From Eledone cirrhosa (Eukaryota), in the NCBI GenBank assembly GCA_964016885.1, contig OZ024741.1:90272001-90336000 (forward strand): a DNA stretch of 64,000 bases. Reading direction: 5' to 3'. This document shows, in pieces, positions 25,272 through 64,000 of this stretch (within the stretch, counting starts at the first letter, position 1; the number at the start of each line of letters is the position of its first letter). Both the position numbers and the translations under genes were made by a program. The notes under the pieces were generated by a model, which was not told where the DNA came from, did not search any database, and saw only the letters and a list, made by a program, of their open reading frames with translations.

Positions 25272-25568
25272 GAAGTGACGTAATGCAGACAGCCAGACAT
25301 ACAGACAGATATTATAAGGGCGCGACGTTATATGTATGTATCTATCTAAGAAGAGAAAGACTAAGAATTATAGAGAGAGATCGCTAAATCGCCTAATGCG
25401 GTCCTTAGGGCATTGAAAATTTGAAATCTTTTTTGCTCAGAACACTTCCTGAAACATAAGTATTACATGTGTAAAGTTTGAAAACAGTCGGTTGGGTGGT
25501 TCTCGAGTTTTAGGGATTCAAACTCTCACACACACCCAGACAGACATCCCCAGTTTTATATATATAGA
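24663..25568 (-). mobile_element. Non-autonomous Helitron
   Basis: The - strand starts TCTATATATATAAAACTGGG and ends CCCGTGCAACGCCGG..CTAG between A and T. Internal repeats (CCTGAAACATAAGTA..AAAGTTTGAAAA..TCGGTTGGGT) at ~25155 and ~25448. Confidence 0.8.
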
Positions 25569-26301
25569 TAAGTGTAATCAGAGATGGTGGAATTATTCTT
25601 TAAAACATTTGTCTTAGTCAGTGCATGTTTCATTGCACTGATTGCAAATTCTGGGGTAGAATTATGTAAAATGATTGAATTCTGTGCACTTGATTGAGAT
25701 TTGTAATCGTGTGTGGCTCTTCAGAAAGGAAATAAAACTTATGGAGATGCTGTATATTTAGGTAATGGTAATCTTGTATTAGAGGACCAATCAACATGTT
25801 AGATTTAGTAGAGGGAACTGGGTGAATACAATAGCCCTGTCAGCATGTATTCAGTATATTCTAAGGATGAAGAATAACCGATAGTAGTCAGACAAATTTG
25901 CATATGACATTTGCTTGGCGTTTGAAATTCTGGTAGTGAATAGGGGTGGGGATACTGGATACTTTCTGGTTGTATTGAGTTTATTTATTGATTTAAGACC
26001 CAGAAATAACAGATGGTTCCTTATCTATCACATCTTATTTAGTCTGTGTCGGGAGTTGTATTACTTATTGGCATTATGGTGCATGTGTGACCTGCTCTTT
26101 CAAGTTGTTGTTTTTTTTAGTTTATTGACTGAGTTCACTTAGATCAAGAATGACAGGTTGAAGGTCACTTATTGTTTATATGTGATATTTCTCAGTTATA
26201 GTATGTTATGTATATATATAATTTATCCCAGGTTCAATCGGGGGTAACCACAGTAAGTAAGGTACTCAAGGTACGCAGAGTATAAATATTTAATATAGAA
26301 A

Positions 26302-26352
26302 GGCTTCTACAGGACTAGAACTGTTTCATTCGGAAGAAATCATCAGGAAGCC
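26302..26352 (-). ncRNA. Type I hammerhead ribozyme motif in a PLE-type terminal repeat
   Basis: - strand: GGCUUC-CUGAUGA-U[UUC uucc GAA]U-GAAA-CAG uucuaguc CUG-UA-GAAGCC. Stem I GGCUUC/GAAGCC, stem III ACAG/CUGU, predicted cleavage after GUA. Confidence 0.8.
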
Positions 26353-26619
26353 ATATATATATATATATATATATAATCATTGAACATATGCTTTTCCATT
26401 TTGACATGGAATGGATGAGTTATGCTCAACTATGTCAATAATCTTATCATGTTATTGACACAACTAAAGAATTTTCAAAAGTTAAACCCCCTAAAAAAAA
26501 AGTAAAGTAAATAGTCAAATGAAGGCTTTTGATTATACCAAAACCTATAAAATAAACATCAAGATGCTAACCTCTATTTTCTCTGCTTCATTACAGGAGT
26601 TGAAAATATACTATTAACC

Positions 26620-62639
<36,020 letters not shown>

Positions 62640-62710
62640 AGTAGCTTATTTGTTGTATAGCTTGAGTGACAAGCTTTGATTACTGCTATTGTCTGTAAGT
62701 TGTGTTTTCT

Positions 62711-62749
<39 letters not shown>

Positions 62750-63329
62750 TGCCTGCATGTATCTATATGTCTGTCTGCATGTGTCTATGGGTCTGACTGC
62801 CTGTGTGTGTGTGTGTGGAAACATATTGATTGGAGAATTCTACTTTGTTGCTAAAATGTCATTTTCTTTAAATGGAATGTAAATCACATACATTTATAAG
62901 CACACACACATACATATAGATGGTAAATATAAATCATTATCTGTACCTACATAAATACATACATACAAACACCCCACACATACACACATTTATATAAAAA
63001 TATACTCACAAGCATTGATATACAAAAGTATATACATTGATATACAAATACGTACATATATACATATATACACACATACACGTGAACACACATACGTCCA
63101 CACACACACACAGTCATACATATGTGCGATTCATGTGGCGAATTTATAATTTCACTTCCAGAAAAAATATTTTTTGTTTAAACAAAAGTAGACATACCAT
63201 ATATATGAAATTTAAGAGAATGTTTTGCCTCTTGCAAAGGCCAGTATAATGCATATTAACTATATTAGTATAGTTACACATCTTGTATTTATTTACTAGA
63301 TAGGGAAGTTTAAATTACTCCATGAAGAT

Positions 63330-63866
63330 TTAACTTTTTCGTTACCAACATTGTCAATTGTTACAGACATGGCCAAAATGGGCTCTAATTCTATTGTACA
63401 AAACCACCCATTTTGTAAGGGTTCCCATTTAAGTTAAAATCTACCAACGTAATTTTGTATACAAAACCTCCCATTTCCAAAGGATTTTCATTTAAATTAT
63501 AATTTTCCAACAAAATTTTATTTAAAAACGATATGTTAAGTTACAATCATAGTAATGAAAGAATTAATCATAGTAATGAAAGAATTAATCATTTTATTAA
63601 ATCCTTCAAAATTCTTCAATACATCAGCATCCACAATGCTGATAAAATATCAATACAATTTATATAATGAATAAGAGAATACCAATATATGCAGCACTAA
63701 AAACGAACAAAAAAGGTGGAGAGGGAAAAAAGGTGGAGATAGAAAAAAAGGGGGAATAATAAAGAAGAAAAAAGGGCAGAGGACTTGCACACTTAACCAT
63801 ACACTACAACAAGGGGTACAAGAGTATCCCTTTAATATTTAGAAATATGGCTATGAAAGGGCTAAA
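63330..63866. mobile_element. Degenerate MITE-like repeat with TTAA(CCC)-type ends (possibly piggyBac-like)
   Basis: TTAACTTTTTCGTTACCA ... TGGCTATGAAAGGGCTAA. Related pieces at ~27540-27780, ~28600-28845 and ~59383-59620. Confidence 0.4.
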
Positions 63867-63924
63867 ACATAAGTTTGTGTAATTTTACAATACAATATCA
63901 AGTCTACTGTAGATGCAATATATC

Positions 63925-64000
63925 AGGATTGGTAGTATCAGTAGAGAGTCGGACACCATGCTTTGCAGCATTGAGTTACGGTCCTTTATGGACTGAGTTC
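63925..64000 (+). mobile_element. Family A SINE 5' part, running off the window
   Basis: GGATTGGTAGTATCAGTAGAGAGTCGGACACCATGCTTTGCAGCA..CTGAGTTC. Confidence 0.85.

Overview
This is repeat-rich, AT-rich animal genomic DNA. The SINE, RTE and Penelope repertoire and the long (TA)n/(CA)n tracts suggest an octopod cephalopod, which is an inference. Only one host gene is supported: a + strand short-chain dehydrogenase of the 11-beta-hydroxysteroid dehydrogenase 1-like type (HSD11B1L-like). It has 6 coding exons (26620-62639) that splice in frame into 292 aa, with a 28-kb intron after the first coding exon. The rest is transposon debris: tRNA-derived SINEs of two families, RTE, Tx1/L1-like, CRE-like, I/Jockey-like and CR1-like LINE fragments, Penelope-like elements (PLEs), Helitrons, mariner and Tigger-like MITEs, and microsatellites. 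Nearly all long ORFs in the track are microsatellite artefacts. The most interesting signals are: (1) several type I hammerhead ribozyme motifs in PLE-derived repeats; (2) a recurring set of fold-back palindromes in (TA)n tracts whose symmetry axis sits at the apex of a hammerhead stem II; (3) a PLE GIY-YIG fragment with an in-frame TGA at a conserved Cys position, a possible selenocysteine; (4) a 5'-inverted RTE insertion with a target-site duplication (TSD), matching the twin-priming pattern.
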